The notes under the pieces: model-generated | Seen by the model: the letters and a program-made list of their open reading frames with translations, nothing else | What the model was told of the DNA's origin: nothing | Database searches by the model: none | In this document: piece by piece, positions 1 to 9,255 of the stretch | Position numbering within the stretch: position 1 is the stretch's first letter | How the letters are laid out: each line of letters begins with the position of its first letter | From: Candidatus Iainarchaeum sp. | GTDB taxonomy: Archaea; Iainarchaeota; Iainarchaeia; Iainarchaeales; JAZDEL01 | Length of the DNA stretch: 32,000 nt | Direction of reading: 5' to 3' | Assembly (NCBI GenBank): GCA_043808785.1 | Contig: JAZDEL010000002.1 | Span: 120,001-152,000, forward strand | Program-made: the position numbers and the translations under genes

Positions 1-713
1 GGAAGTGCATCGACGCGCTCTCAGTTCTCATAGATGAGGCGGAGTTCGTCGCGGATTCCTCGGGGCTTGTGCTGAAGGCCACGGACCCTTCGCAGATTTC
101 CATGGTCGATTTCAGGATGCCGAAAAAGGCGTTCAGGGAAATGAATGTTGATGAAACCCAGAAGTTCGGCATCGACCTTTCATACCTTTCGCAGGTTATG
201 TCGCGCGCGCAGGCAAAGGACAGGCTGAAAATGGAGATTGCGAAGGACAAGGCGCATCTCATAGTGACTTTCGAGGGTTCGGCAAAGCGCAGTTTTTCAA
301 TACCCCTCCTCGACCTCACAACAGCGGAACTCCCCACGCCAAAGATTGAGTTCGACGCGGAACTGAAGGTTATCGCCTCCGAACTCCAGGGCGGGTTCAA
401 GGATGCCGCGCTCATAAGTTCGCACCTCACTTTGGGGGTTGACGCTGAAAAATTCTTCATGCGCGCGAACTCCTCAAAGGGCACGTTCAGCCACGAGTTA
501 ACAAAGAAGGACGCCGCGCTCTCGGAACTGAAGGCAAAGAACGAGGCGAAAAGCATTTTCCCGCTTGATTACCTTGCCAACATGCTGAAAGGCGCACCCT
601 CCGACACGCAGGTAAAGCTTTTCCTGAAAAAGGACGCGCCGATAAAGGTCGAATACTCAATCTGCGGTGCTGACCTTGTTTACTTCCTCGCCCCGCGCAT
701 AGAAGGCGATTAA
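1..713 (+). CDS. pcn: DNA polymerase sliding clamp PCNA, paralog 1 (5' end cut by window edge)
   Basis: Frame 3 is open from nt 3 (KCIDALSVLIDEAEFVADSSGLVLKATDPSQISMVDF...) to the TAA at 711-713. The overall pattern and the ...YFLAPRIE C-terminus fit archaeal PCNA. The GTG at 69 in the ORF track is internal, so the true start lies upstream of the window. Confidence 0.85.
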   Translation, partial: KCIDALSVLIDEAEFVADSSGLVLKATDPSQISMVDFRMPKKAFREMNVDETQKFGIDLSYLSQVMSRAQAKDRLKMEIAKDKAHLIVTFEGSAKRSFSIPLLDLTTAELPTPKIEFDAELKVIASELQGGFKDAALISSHLTLGVDAEKFFMRANSSKGTFSHELTKKDAALSELKAKNEAKSIFPLDYLANMLKGAPSDTQVKLFLKKDAPIKVEYSICGADLVYFLAPRIEGD

Positions 714-772
714 ACTCGCGCCAAGGATAGAACACGGCTAACTTGCGCCAATGGCATGCTGTGCAATAACAC

Positions 773-1240
773 TTACCCCATCGCTCCCTGCGATTCAATC
801 TTGCTTATTCTCCTCAGGTGCCTTTCCTCGTTGCAGAAACCTGTTGCGAGGAAGGCGAGCATTATTTTTTCCGCCTCATTTGCTTTGAGCACGCGCGCAC
901 CCAGGCAGAGCACGTTCGCATTGTTGTGCTCCCTTGCGATTTTCGCTATCTTCACGTTCCAGCACGCCGCAGCGCGAACGCCCCTGCACCTGTTCGCGGA
1001 AATGCACATTCCTATGCCACTGCCGCATATGAGTATTCCGGCAATATTTCTGCCCTTTGCAACCCATCCCGCCGCCTTCTGCGCGTAATCCGGGTAATCA
1101 ACATCTTCCTTGCCCTGCGTTCCCAAATCTTCGAATTCTATGCCCGCCTTTGAAAGCGCCCTCTTGAGGCGCTCCTTAAGCGCAAAGCCCGCGTGGTCGC
1201 ACGCAATAACGACCTTCTCGAAAGCCAGAACCCTTGCCAT
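773..1240 (-). CDS. rpiB: ribose-5-phosphate isomerase B (RpiB/LacAB family)
   Basis: ATG at 1240 (MARVLAFEKVVIACDHAGF...). It carries the RpiB hallmarks ACDHAGF and ICGSGIGMCISANR and has the typical length of 155 aa. The TTG at 1270 in the ORF track is probably not used. Confidence 0.85.
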   Translation of the reverse strand: MARVLAFEKVVIACDHAGFALKERLKRALSKAGIEFEDLGTQGKEDVDYPDYAQKAAGWVAKGRNIAGILICGSGIGMCISANRCRGVRAAACWNVKIAKIAREHNNANVLCLGARVLKANEAEKIMLAFLATGFCNEERHLRRISKIESQGAMG

Positions 1241-1418
1241 GTATGCCAAACCCCAGCAAATTGGGCGCAAAACAGTTTTAATAACATATTCATACTACTG
1301 ATTATAGTGCGTTGCCCCGGGTTCGGGGTAAACCACGGCAATGCCCGAACTGCGGGCGTTTGTGGGTTTGTTTGGGGAATTGTTCGGAACCGTTGTTTCG
1401 TGTGTGGGGGTTTTTGGC

Positions 1419-2141
1419 ATGATATCTCTCAAGAACGTCGAGCATTGGAAAAGGGGCGTCGATGCGATAGCATCGTTCATTTCCGAGGGGAATTTCCGCT
1501 TCAACGATGCGGGCGTGCACTTCCGCGCAATGGACCCGAGCCAGATTGTTCTCGTGGACCTTGCGATTGAAAAGAGCGCATTCGACGGATTTGAAATCGA
1601 GCCCACTTTCGCGGGCGTTGACATTGTGGAACTCAGCAAGATAATGTCCCGCGCCCTGCCCAACGACAGCATGTCAATGGACCTTTCCGATTCCGAAATA
1701 ATGGTTAAATTCCACGGGGAAATGAACCGCGCATTCAGGCTGCCGCTCATTGATGTGAGCGAGGACGAGGTTTCCCTGCCGAACCACAAGTTCGATGCAA
1801 CGGTTCAGATAACCGGGCGCCTGTTAAAGGAAGCATTGAAGGACGCCTCGCTCTTCGGCAGTTCCGTTATCCTGAAAGTAAAGGACGGCAAGTTCATGAT
1901 TGAGGCACGCGGCTCGCAGGGCGGCCTGAACACGGACGCGGCGAAAACAAAGGGCATAGACGTGCAGGGGAGCAAGGAGGTTGTCAGCAAATACTCCCTG
2001 AACTTCCTCTCGAACATTGTGAAGGAAGCAACGCCCGACCAGAAAGTCACGCTGAACCTGAAAACGGACGCGCCGATGAAGGTTTCTTACAAGATAGGGG
2101 GCAGTGAAATTCAGTATTACCTCGCGCACATGCTGCTGTGA
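1419..2141 (+). CDS. pcn: DNA polymerase sliding clamp PCNA, paralog 2
   Basis: ATG at 1419 (MISLKNVEHWKRGVDAIASFISEGNFRFNDAGVHFRAMDPSQIVLVDL...), 240 aa. It is colinear with paralog 1 (AMDPSQI / ATDPSQI, LKTDAPMKVSY / LKKDAPIKVEY) but only roughly a quarter to a third identical by eye. The 26 codons upstream in the ORF track look non-coding. Confidence 0.85.
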   Translation: MISLKNVEHWKRGVDAIASFISEGNFRFNDAGVHFRAMDPSQIVLVDLAIEKSAFDGFEIEPTFAGVDIVELSKIMSRALPNDSMSMDLSDSEIMVKFHGEMNRAFRLPLIDVSEDEVSLPNHKFDATVQITGRLLKEALKDASLFGSSVILKVKDGKFMIEARGSQGGLNTDAAKTKGIDVQGSKEVVSKYSLNFLSNIVKEATPDQKVTLNLKTDAPMKVSYKIGGSEIQYYLAHMLL

Positions 2142-2165
2142 CTGCGCAAAGTGGCGCGTTTTCAC

Positions 2166-2756
2166 CTAAACTTCATTAATCCCCCTGCGCATGAGTATTG
2201 TGTTGCACCTTGCGTGAAGATTGCCAATGTTGTTCAACACCACATCGGTTTCCCGTACGTCGGCAATATCTTTCCTTTCCATTTTCCCGTCAACAATATC
2301 TGTTTTGCTTATTATTTCCTCCCTTGCCCTGCCAAACGCTTCCAGTTGTTTCTTCAGACGTTCTAACGGCTCGGTTGGCAGTTTGTCTTTGAGAGCCTCT
2401 TCGCCAGGCAATGATTCGGCCAGCAGTGCATCCCTGAGGGCGACCATTTCCCGTTTATTTGGCATGTCTGGCCCCATCGACCTGAACACTTCCTCGATTA
2501 AATACTTTTTAGCCAGTTCCGATGCTTTAATTTTTTGCCCATTAAAATTAATTGCGTCCGCCGACTTCATTGTCCCGTATCTCTTCTTCAAAAACCGCGT
2601 CAGCCTTATGAGCCTGTTTGCCATCAGGTTTTCCTTATTTATGGGGTCAAGATAGCCGTATTTGAGCGGCTTTTTTCTTTTTATGCGCATCAATGTTTTG
2701 TAGTATTTAATCTTGGCATAGTCTGCCAATTGCCACATTGTAAATTTCTTAGGCAT
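2166..2756 (-). CDS. hypothetical basic protein (orphan A), AT-rich gene
   Basis: Long ORF in a region visibly AT-richer than its flanks. Preferred start is the ATG at 2756 (MPKKFTMWQLADYAK...), 32-33 nt downstream of a TTTTAA/TTAAAA box at 2786-2791. The alternative ATG at 2795 overlaps the stop of orphan B by ATGA. I recognise no domain. Confidence 0.6.
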   Translation of the reverse strand: MPKKFTMWQLADYAKIKYYKTLMRIKRKKPLKYGYLDPINKENLMANRLIRLTRFLKKRYGTMKSADAINFNGQKIKASELAKKYLIEEVFRSMGPDMPNKREMVALRDALLAESLPGEEALKDKLPTEPLERLKKQLEAFGRAREEIISKTDIVDGKMERKDIADVRETDVVLNNIGNLHARCNTILMRRGINEV

Positions 2757-2791
2757 ACTAACCGGAATAAACACGCACTTCCGCCTTTTAA

Positions 2792-3193
2792 TCATTTACC
2801 CGCCCTTAAACGCAGAATTACCTGGCACTTGATTTTATCGCCCAGCCCCCTTATTGCGATTTCACCGCTAATTCCGCCGGCACCCATCATTCTTTTTGCG
2901 TCGCGCTCGAATGGCTTAAACAAATTAAGGGCAGTTTTCAGGGTTTTTGTTGAAACTTCATTTCCGCTCGGCATATATTCGCTTTCGGAGAACATCCTGC
3001 GCAGGTTTTCAAGCTCCCGCCCGGATATTTGGCCCTTCATGGAGCCCATAATTCGGTTTGCAAAAAACCTGCGTGCCGCTTCCGCCGCGGCAATTTTCTT
3101 TTTCGTCCCCCCTACTTTGTGGAAACTGGCGGTTGCATTGTGCTTTTCCCTCAGGTTTTTGAGGAACCTCTCAAGCGTAACTTTCTTCGGCAT
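2792..3193 (-). CDS. hypothetical basic protein (orphan B), AT-rich gene
   Basis: Preferred start is the ATG at 3193 (MPKKVTLERFLKNLREKH...). The TATA-like box at 3223-3228 sits at the same spacing as for orphan A. The alternative start at 3232 would leave only 19 nt to the divergent priL. I recognise no domain. Confidence 0.6.
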   Translation of the reverse strand: MPKKVTLERFLKNLREKHNATASFHKVGGTKKKIAAAEAARRFFANRIMGSMKGQISGRELENLRRMFSESEYMPSGNEVSTKTLKTALNLFKPFERDAKRMMGAGGISGEIAIRGLGDKIKCQVILRLRAGK

Positions 3194-3222
3194 TGCAGTC
3201 AAAAACAATATGCCGTTCCCGC

Positions 3223-3228
3223 TTTTAA
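3223..3228. promoter_or_regulatory. putative shared bidirectional TATA-like box (TTTTAA/TTAAAA) for priL (+) and orphan B (-)
   Basis: The box centre is about 26 nt from the priL ATG (3252) and about 32 nt from the orphan B ATG (3193). That fits leaderless or near-leaderless archaeal transcripts. A near-identical element sits at 2786-2791 upstream of orphan A. Confidence 0.4.
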
Positions 3229-3251
3229 CCATTTCCCCGCAAGGTTAATTT

Positions 3252-4319
3252 ATGCCCCCTTATGAGGACGCAGGATTGAAGCGCGCGCAGAAATACCCCT
3301 ATTCCGAGGTTGCGAAGGCGATTGTAAGGAAGCGCGATTTCAGCCTTGATGAGGTGCCGGAGGAAATAATGGGGAGGGCAAAGGCAATGGTGCTGAGCGC
3401 AATGAAGAACAAGCCCTACGCGCCGCAGTTGCATGGTTCCGGACTGCTCATGAACGAAGTTCTTGCCTATCCCCTCGCGCGCGTGCTCATATCATGCACG
3501 CGCAACCAAGAATTCATAAGGCGCTTTGCCCTCATGTTCCGCAAGGGCGCCGAGGAAACCCTGAAAAAGGAGGAGGGGGACGAGCTTCTTTCCCTTGCAG
3601 CGGAGTTTGGCGTTGTCCTGCCGAAGGGCACCGATGGCTTTCCAGTTGCCCTCCCCATTGCGGATTACCTTTCCGCAGGCCTGCAAGGGGAAAGGATGAA
3701 GCTCGTGAACAGGCGCCTCGGGAAAGGAATGGTGAAACTCACGAAAACGGATTTCGCGGAATTCCTTTCCGCAATCGCATATGCGCGCGTCCTTTCGGGA
3801 ATGCCCCTGCCAACGCAGAACGTGACGCGCGGGATAAAAGCGGTTGCAGCTGAGCTCGAACAGCAGTGGAAGCCGATTCAGCAGAAATACGATTTCAAGG
3901 CAATGGGCGAGGTGAAGCCCGAACTGTTCCCGCCCTGCATGGCCGCGATTTACGCATCCATGCTGGAAAGCAAAAACCTTTCGCACCTCGAAAGGTTTGA
4001 CATTGCAACCTTTTTGGTTGCAGTTGGGATGGATAAGGAGCAAATAATTTCGCTCTTCCGCACGCTGCCCAACTTTAAGGAAGGCATAACCCGCTACCAG
4101 ATTGAGAGGATTTCAAAAAGCAAGTATTCCTCCCCCAGCTGCGTAAAGATAAAATCCCACAGGTTCTGCACCTCCGACTGCGGGGTTAAGCACCCCATGC
4201 AGGTTTACAGGCGCGGGTTAAGGAGGGAAGGGGCGGGCGCGAAAGCGGGAGCCGCAAATGCAGGCACAGGAAAGGGTGCTGCGCAAAGGCAGGCTTCGCA
4301 GCCGGCCCCGGGGCGCTAG
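3252..4319 (+). CDS. priL: DNA primase large (regulatory) subunit PriL
   Basis: Contains the FPPCM motif plus a C-terminal Cys cluster (YSSPSCVKIKSHRFCTSDCGVKHP), typical of the PriL Fe-S domain. The length is right. It has a low-complexity G/A-rich C-terminal tail. Its TAG stop (4317-4319) overlaps the stop of the convergent ATPase gene through a shared CTAG. Confidence 0.85.
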   Translation: MPPYEDAGLKRAQKYPYSEVAKAIVRKRDFSLDEVPEEIMGRAKAMVLSAMKNKPYAPQLHGSGLLMNEVLAYPLARVLISCTRNQEFIRRFALMFRKGAEETLKKEEGDELLSLAAEFGVVLPKGTDGFPVALPIADYLSAGLQGERMKLVNRRLGKGMVKLTKTDFAEFLSAIAYARVLSGMPLPTQNVTRGIKAVAAELEQQWKPIQQKYDFKAMGEVKPELFPPCMAAIYASMLESKNLSHLERFDIATFLVAVGMDKEQIISLFRTLPNFKEGITRYQIERISKSKYSSPSCVKIKSHRFCTSDCGVKHPMQVYRRGLRREGAGAKAGAANAGTGKGAAQRQASQPAPGR

Positions 4320-7003
4320 GCCGAAGCGCGCGCGGCGCGCTTTCCCATGAAACCCGCGTACGCATTGTGCGCATAAGGCACCGCGAGCGCAACCGCCGAG
4401 AGCGCGAACACAACAGCCCAGTCAAACGGGGAAAGCGCAACAGTGCGGAAAACCCCCTGCAGCCAGTGCACATGCACCACCGCAACCTGCAGCAGCAGCG
4501 ATGCAAGCACGGCGACAACAAGGTACCTGTTCGTGAGCGGGCTCTCCTCAAGCACGCCTTTGCCCTCGAACCTGCAGCCGAAAACGAGCAGCAGCTCGAA
4601 GATGATAACCGTGCAGAAAACCATCGTCCTTGCATAGCTCGCCGCGCCGAGGTCGTGCGCGTCTATGCCCCGCACTTCGTCGATTCCGAGGCCGTAGAAA
4701 TACGCAGCCATTGTCGCCCCCAGCCCGAGCACGGTTGCGATAATCAGGAACGGCAGGATAGGCCTTATTATGCCCTCCTTCGGGTTCCGCGGCGGCTTGC
4801 CCATTATTCCCTTTTCCGCCCTCTCCGTGCCGAGCGCGAGCGCGGGCAGCGAATCGGTAACAATGTTCATCCACAATATCTGCAGTGGAAGCATGGCAAG
4901 GGGGAGATGCGCGATTGTCGTTGCGGCGATTATGGCAATCTCGTTCAGGTTCGCGCTGAGCAGGTATTTTACGAAATTCCTTATGTTCGAGTAAACGCGC
5001 CTGCCCTCCTTCACAGCCACGACGATTGTGCCGAAATCGTCGTCCTTGAGCACTATGTCCGATGCCTCCTTTGCAACGTCCGTGCCCTTTATCCCCATTG
5101 CGATGCCGACGTTCGCCTTCTTCAGCGCGGGCGCGTCATTAACCCCGTCGCCCGTAGCGGCAACAACCTCGCCCTGCGCAATAAGCTCCGAGACAATCAT
5201 GTACTTGTGCTTCGGGTTCACACGCGCGAAAACAGCGCGCTCCCTAACGGTCTTTGCGAACTCCCTTTTGCCCATTGCGTCAAGTTCGTTTCCCGTCACC
5301 GCACTCCCGTCAAGCCCTATCTTTTTCGCAATCGCTGCCGCGGTGAGTGCATTGTCCCCCGTAATTATCTTCACCTTTATCCCCGCGCTCCTGCAAATTT
5401 CTATCGCCTTTTTAACGCCCTCCCTCGGCGGGTCGCGCATCGCCGCAATCCCCGCGAAAACCATCTTCTCCTCCGCAGCCTCATCCCGCTTAAGTTCGCG
5501 GTATGCAAACCCGAGCACCCTGTATGCCTCGGATGCGAAGCGGTTCGCGGTTTCAAGCAGTTCCCTCCTGCGCTTTGCAGTAAGCGCGGCCTCCTTCCCG
5601 TTCTCGAAAACATAATCGCACGCCCCGAGCACCTGCTCGATGCCGCCTTTCGTGTACGCGATTTTCGCGCCCTTCGAGCGGTGCACGGTGGTCATCATCT
5701 TCCTCTCCGAGCTGAAAGGTATTTCATCCACCCTCTCCTCGGAAGCCTTTATCCCCGCCTTCATTGCCGCGCACACCAATGCCCCTTCCGTGGGGTCGCC
5801 TATCACGCCGTAAGTGTCGCCGTCCCTCTGCAGCGTTGCGTTGCTGCAGTGCGCGGAAATCCTCAGCACCGTCGCGAGCGCGCTCCCGCCCGCGGGCACG
5901 GCCTTATTGCCGCCTATCGTGAATTCCCCTTTTGGTTCGTATCCCTTCCCGCTCACCTCCGCAACCTCGCCGTCAGCGAAAATCCTCTCCACAACCATCT
6001 CGTTTCTGGTTATGGTGCCTGTCTTGTCCGAGCATATCACCGTGGCGCTTCCCAATGCCTCTATGCTCGGCATTTTTCTCACGAGTGCGTTCCTCCTCGC
6101 CATCGCAATTATCCCTATCCCGAGGGTTATGGTTATTATCGCGGGCAGTCCTTCGGGTATCGCCGCCACGCCCAGGCTTACCGCAACCATGAACATCTCG
6201 AACATGCCCGTGCCGCGCATAACGCCGAGCGCGAAAAGCACGGCGATTACGGCAACAACCGCAATCCCCAGCTGCCTTGCAAGCTCCTCCAGCCTGCGCT
6301 TGAGCGGCGTCTGCTCCTCCCTTATCTCCTGCACCATCCCCGCGACCCTGCCGAACTCCGTGTTCATGCCTGTCGAAACAACCGCCCCCGCGCCGTGGCC
6401 GTAAGTCACAATAGTGTTCGCGAAAGCCATGTTGCTGCGCTCCGCAACAGGCGCGCGCTCCGCAACCCCCAAAGTCTGCTTCTTTGCCGGGTTGCTTTCG
6501 CCCGTTAGAACGGCCTCGTCTATCTGAAGGTTCACCGCCTCTATAAGGCGCAAATCCGCCGGCACTTTCGTGCCCGCCTCGAGCAGGACTATGTCGCCGG
6601 GCACGACCTCCTCGGCATCGACCATTACCCTCGCGCCCTGCCTCACAACAACCGCCCTGAGGGCGGTCATTTTCCTCAGCGCGTCCATGGCGCTTTCCGC
6701 CTTATACTCCTGGAAGAAGCCGAGCGCGGCATTTATGAATATTATCGCGAATATCGCCGCGGCATCCAGCGGGTCGCCGAACATGTACGAAATGGCGCCC
6801 GCAAAAACCAGTATCAGCACGAGGAAGCTCGTGAACTGGTTCAGCGCGAGCTTCAGCATGCGGAACTCCCTGCGTTTCGCAAGCGCGTTCCTGCCGTGCT
6901 TCTCAAGCCTCGCCCTTGCCTCGGCATCGCTTATGCCCGCACGTGTCGTGCCCAGCCCTTTCATAACGCTTTCCTCGGAAAGCGCGTGGTAATTTTCGGC
7001 CAT
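4316..7003 (-). CDS. cation-transporting P-type ATPase (P2-type, Ca2+-ATPase-like)
   Basis: ATG at 7003. Motifs present are TGES (LTGESNPAKK), PEGLPAIITITL, the phosphorylation site ICSDKTGTITRNEM, and TGDGVNDAPALKKANVGIAMG. It has multiple C-terminal TM helices and is 895 aa. Confidence 0.9.
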   Translation of the reverse strand: MAENYHALSEESVMKGLGTTRAGISDAEARARLEKHGRNALAKRREFRMLKLALNQFTSFLVLILVFAGAISYMFGDPLDAAAIFAIIFINAALGFFQEYKAESAMDALRKMTALRAVVVRQGARVMVDAEEVVPGDIVLLEAGTKVPADLRLIEAVNLQIDEAVLTGESNPAKKQTLGVAERAPVAERSNMAFANTIVTYGHGAGAVVSTGMNTEFGRVAGMVQEIREEQTPLKRRLEELARQLGIAVVAVIAVLFALGVMRGTGMFEMFMVAVSLGVAAIPEGLPAIITITLGIGIIAMARRNALVRKMPSIEALGSATVICSDKTGTITRNEMVVERIFADGEVAEVSGKGYEPKGEFTIGGNKAVPAGGSALATVLRISAHCSNATLQRDGDTYGVIGDPTEGALVCAAMKAGIKASEERVDEIPFSSERKMMTTVHRSKGAKIAYTKGGIEQVLGACDYVFENGKEAALTAKRRRELLETANRFASEAYRVLGFAYRELKRDEAAEEKMVFAGIAAMRDPPREGVKKAIEICRSAGIKVKIITGDNALTAAAIAKKIGLDGSAVTGNELDAMGKREFAKTVRERAVFARVNPKHKYMIVSELIAQGEVVAATGDGVNDAPALKKANVGIAMGIKGTDVAKEASDIVLKDDDFGTIVVAVKEGRRVYSNIRNFVKYLLSANLNEIAIIAATTIAHLPLAMLPLQILWMNIVTDSLPALALGTERAEKGIMGKPPRNPKEGIIRPILPFLIIATVLGLGATMAAYFYGLGIDEVRGIDAHDLGAASYARTMVFCTVIIFELLLVFGCRFEGKGVLEESPLTNRYLVVAVLASLLLQVAVVHVHWLQGVFRTVALSPFDWAVVFALSAVALAVPYAHNAYAGFMGKRAARASA

Positions 7004-7052
7004 TTTGCCCCCTAATATAACTGCAACGCCTTATTAATAATTTCCGACAAAT

Positions 7053-8291
7053 ATGGTTTTTATGCTGCCCGAGGAATTCCTCCGCGCCAAATTCCGCGAT
7101 TATTACCTTAAACATGAGGTTGCCCAGCCCCCCGCCCCCGAACAGAGGGAGTTCGGCTTTGGGACATTTGGGAGAAAAATCGCGGACAGGCACCTCGAGT
7201 TCGCAAGCCACGAAAGCGTGAACAAGTTCCTGCGCGCGGAAGTGCCTTTTTACCTTTCCTATTCCGCGGCATATTACAAATTCCCCTCCAGAAAGCCGAT
7301 GCAGGCAAAGGAATACCTTGGCGGGGATTTGGTTTATGAGTTCGATGCTGACGATTTGAAAACCGAGTGCAAGGTCAGGCACGACACCTGGGCGTGCAAA
7401 TGCGGCGCCTCGGGGCGCGGCAACCCTGAGCGCTGCACCGAGTGCGGCGAGGGCGTTTCAGTAAGGCAGTGGGTCTGCCCCGAATGCCTGTATGAGGTGA
7501 AACTGCAGGTTTTCGAACTTCTGAAATTCCTGCAGGACGATTTCGGCTTCACGGAGGGGATTTCCGTGAACTTTTCGGGGCACAAGGGTTACCACGTGCA
7601 TGTGCGCTCCGAAGCCGTTCGCGCGCTTTCCCCGCGCGCGCGCATCGAGCTTGTGGATTACATAACAGGGCACGAGCTCGACCTCAGGGCGCTGGGGTTT
7701 TACAGCGACGGGAAAAGGATGTTCTGCCCGCCTCCTGCAGAAGCGGCAGGCTGGGGAGAAAAACTGCTGAACGGGCTCGAAGCGCTCTTCGACCGCGCGG
7801 ACGCGGATGAAATAGCGACAGCGGGCGGCATCCCCTCGGGAACGCTTGCAAAATCCCTCGCCTCGGAAGGGAAGGGCATAATTGCGGAGATGCGCAACGG
7901 CATCCTGCGCCAGCTGCCAAGGGTTTCCGCAAAGAAAACCGAAAGTTTCTGGAACCACGCGCTTTCCCACCTCGCGGAAAAACTGCGCCTCGATATAGAC
8001 AGGCAGACCTCTGTAGATGTCGCGAAAATTGTCCGCGTGCCCGAAACAATACACGGGGGCACCGGCCTTGTGGCGAAATCGGTTGAAATAGGGGCGCTGC
8101 GCGATTTCCTCCCGCTCGAGGATACGCTGGCTTTCGGCAGCGCACCAGTTAAGGTTATAACCAATTCCGTGCCAAAATTCTCGATAGGCGGGGCGGAATT
8201 CGGGCCGCTTGAACAGGGCGTGCATGAACTGCCCGAGTTCGCGGCAATATACCTCCTCGCGCGCGGCGATGCAACGGGGCCCGGGAAGTGA
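7053..8291 (+). CDS. priS: DNA primase small (catalytic) subunit PriS
   Basis: ATG at 7053. It has the catalytic acidic motif LVYEFDADD, the SGHKGYHVHV motif, and a Zn-knuckle (CKCG...CTECG...CPEC). Confidence 0.9.
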   Translation: MVFMLPEEFLRAKFRDYYLKHEVAQPPAPEQREFGFGTFGRKIADRHLEFASHESVNKFLRAEVPFYLSYSAAYYKFPSRKPMQAKEYLGGDLVYEFDADDLKTECKVRHDTWACKCGASGRGNPERCTECGEGVSVRQWVCPECLYEVKLQVFELLKFLQDDFGFTEGISVNFSGHKGYHVHVRSEAVRALSPRARIELVDYITGHELDLRALGFYSDGKRMFCPPPAEAAGWGEKLLNGLEALFDRADADEIATAGGIPSGTLAKSLASEGKGIIAEMRNGILRQLPRVSAKKTESFWNHALSHLAEKLRLDIDRQTSVDVAKIVRVPETIHGGTGLVAKSVEIGALRDFLPLEDTLAFGSAPVKVITNSVPKFSIGGAEFGPLEQGVHELPEFAAIYLLARGDATGPGK

Positions 8292-8392
8292 GATGTGAAG
8301 GCTGCTGCGGAAAACTTGGCGAACTTGCCCGCGGAAAAAATCCGCGGCGCAAAGTAACCGAACCCGCCGCGGCGATTGTGTTGGTGTTTGTT

Positions 8393-8956
8393 GTGGAACT
8401 GAATTACGACGAGATAAGGCGGATACACAGGCTCGAGAAAAGCTCCTCGCGCCTTGTGGAACTTGAGGCCGAATTCTACACGGAACTCAACGCTTTCCTG
8501 CAGAAGGAAAAAAAGGAATACCTCGAATCCCTGAAATCCTTCTCGGTTTCAAAGGCGCGCAATTTCACCAATCTCAGGAAAATGGTGGAGGAAATTTTCC
8601 TTATGCGCGAGAAGAAAATCGTGGCAAAGGCGCTTGCCGCAAGCAGGTCGGGCGAGGCGCAGCAGGAAGGCATGCCCCTGCCCGAACAGAAGCTTTTCGC
8701 GGGCATATCATCCGTGCTGGCAAAGCACGGCACGCTCCTTGAAGGGGCGTTCTCGGAACACGCATCGAAGGGCGCAAAGGGCGCCGCAAAGGGGCAGGAA
8801 ACAGTGAAAATGAAAATAAGCGACGACATCCCCGCTTTCGTGGGCACGGACATGAACGAGTACGGCCCTTACGCAGCAAAGCAGACAGTGGAGCTTCCGC
8901 AGAACATAGCAAGCCTTTTGAGCGCGAGAAATCTCGGGGTTATACTTAAGGGGTGA
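8393..8956 (+). CDS. gins51: GINS complex subunit Gins51 (Gins15)
   Basis: The N-terminal helical part (LNYDEIRRIHRLEKSSSRLVELEAEFYTELNAFL) and the C-terminal B-domain (ISDDIPAFVGTDMNEYGPYAAKQTVELPQNIASLL) match the archaeal Gins51 pattern, and the gene lies directly downstream of priS, the classical arrangement. The start is uncertain. GTG 8393 gives a canonical N-terminus, while GTG 8288 would overlap the priS stop (GTGA). Confidence 0.75.
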   Translation: MELNYDEIRRIHRLEKSSSRLVELEAEFYTELNAFLQKEKKEYLESLKSFSVSKARNFTNLRKMVEEIFLMREKKIVAKALAASRSGEAQQEGMPLPEQKLFAGISSVLAKHGTLLEGAFSEHASKGAKGAAKGQETVKMKISDDIPAFVGTDMNEYGPYAAKQTVELPQNIASLLSARNLGVILKG

Positions 8957-9060
8957 ATTGCAAAAGCGCCGAACCATCGGGTAAATTGCGGGAACCGCGG
9001 AACCATGCAAATTGGCGAATGCGGACCGCGGGTTATTTTTTGTTTAAGGGGTGATTTGGA

Positions 9061-9255
9061 ATGCAGAAAACAAGCACCGTGCCTAACATAAGGACAAAGT
9101 TCCTGCGCGTGAAGTGCCCTTCCTGCGGCAACGAGCAGGTTATATTCAGCGCCGCTGCCAGCAGGGTTTTGTGCCTTGCGTGCAACAGCGCGCTTGCGGA
9201 GAGCACCGCCTCAAAAATCAGGCTCAATGCGAAGTTGGTTAAAATATACGAATGA
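9061..9255 (+). CDS. rps27e: 30S ribosomal protein S27e (eS27)
   Basis: 64 aa with a C4 zinc ribbon (CPSCGNEQ...CLACN). An SD-like GGGGTGAT lies 6 nt upstream of the ATG. Confidence 0.9.
   Translation: MQKTSTVPNIRTKFLRVKCPSCGNEQVIFSAAASRVLCLACNSALAESTASKIRLNAKLVKIYE

Noticed and set aside
4367-6508. A 713-aa ORF on the + strand, antisense to the P-type ATPase. Similar long shadow ORFs are 12073-13410, 27416-28561, 29766-30623, 13584-14183, 7458-8225 and 9306-10037.
   Set aside because: Each lies entirely antisense to a gene with unmistakable family motifs. The translated sequences are R/P/H/A-rich low-complexity strings with no recognisable domains. This is typical of stop-poor antisense frames in GC-rich coding DNA.
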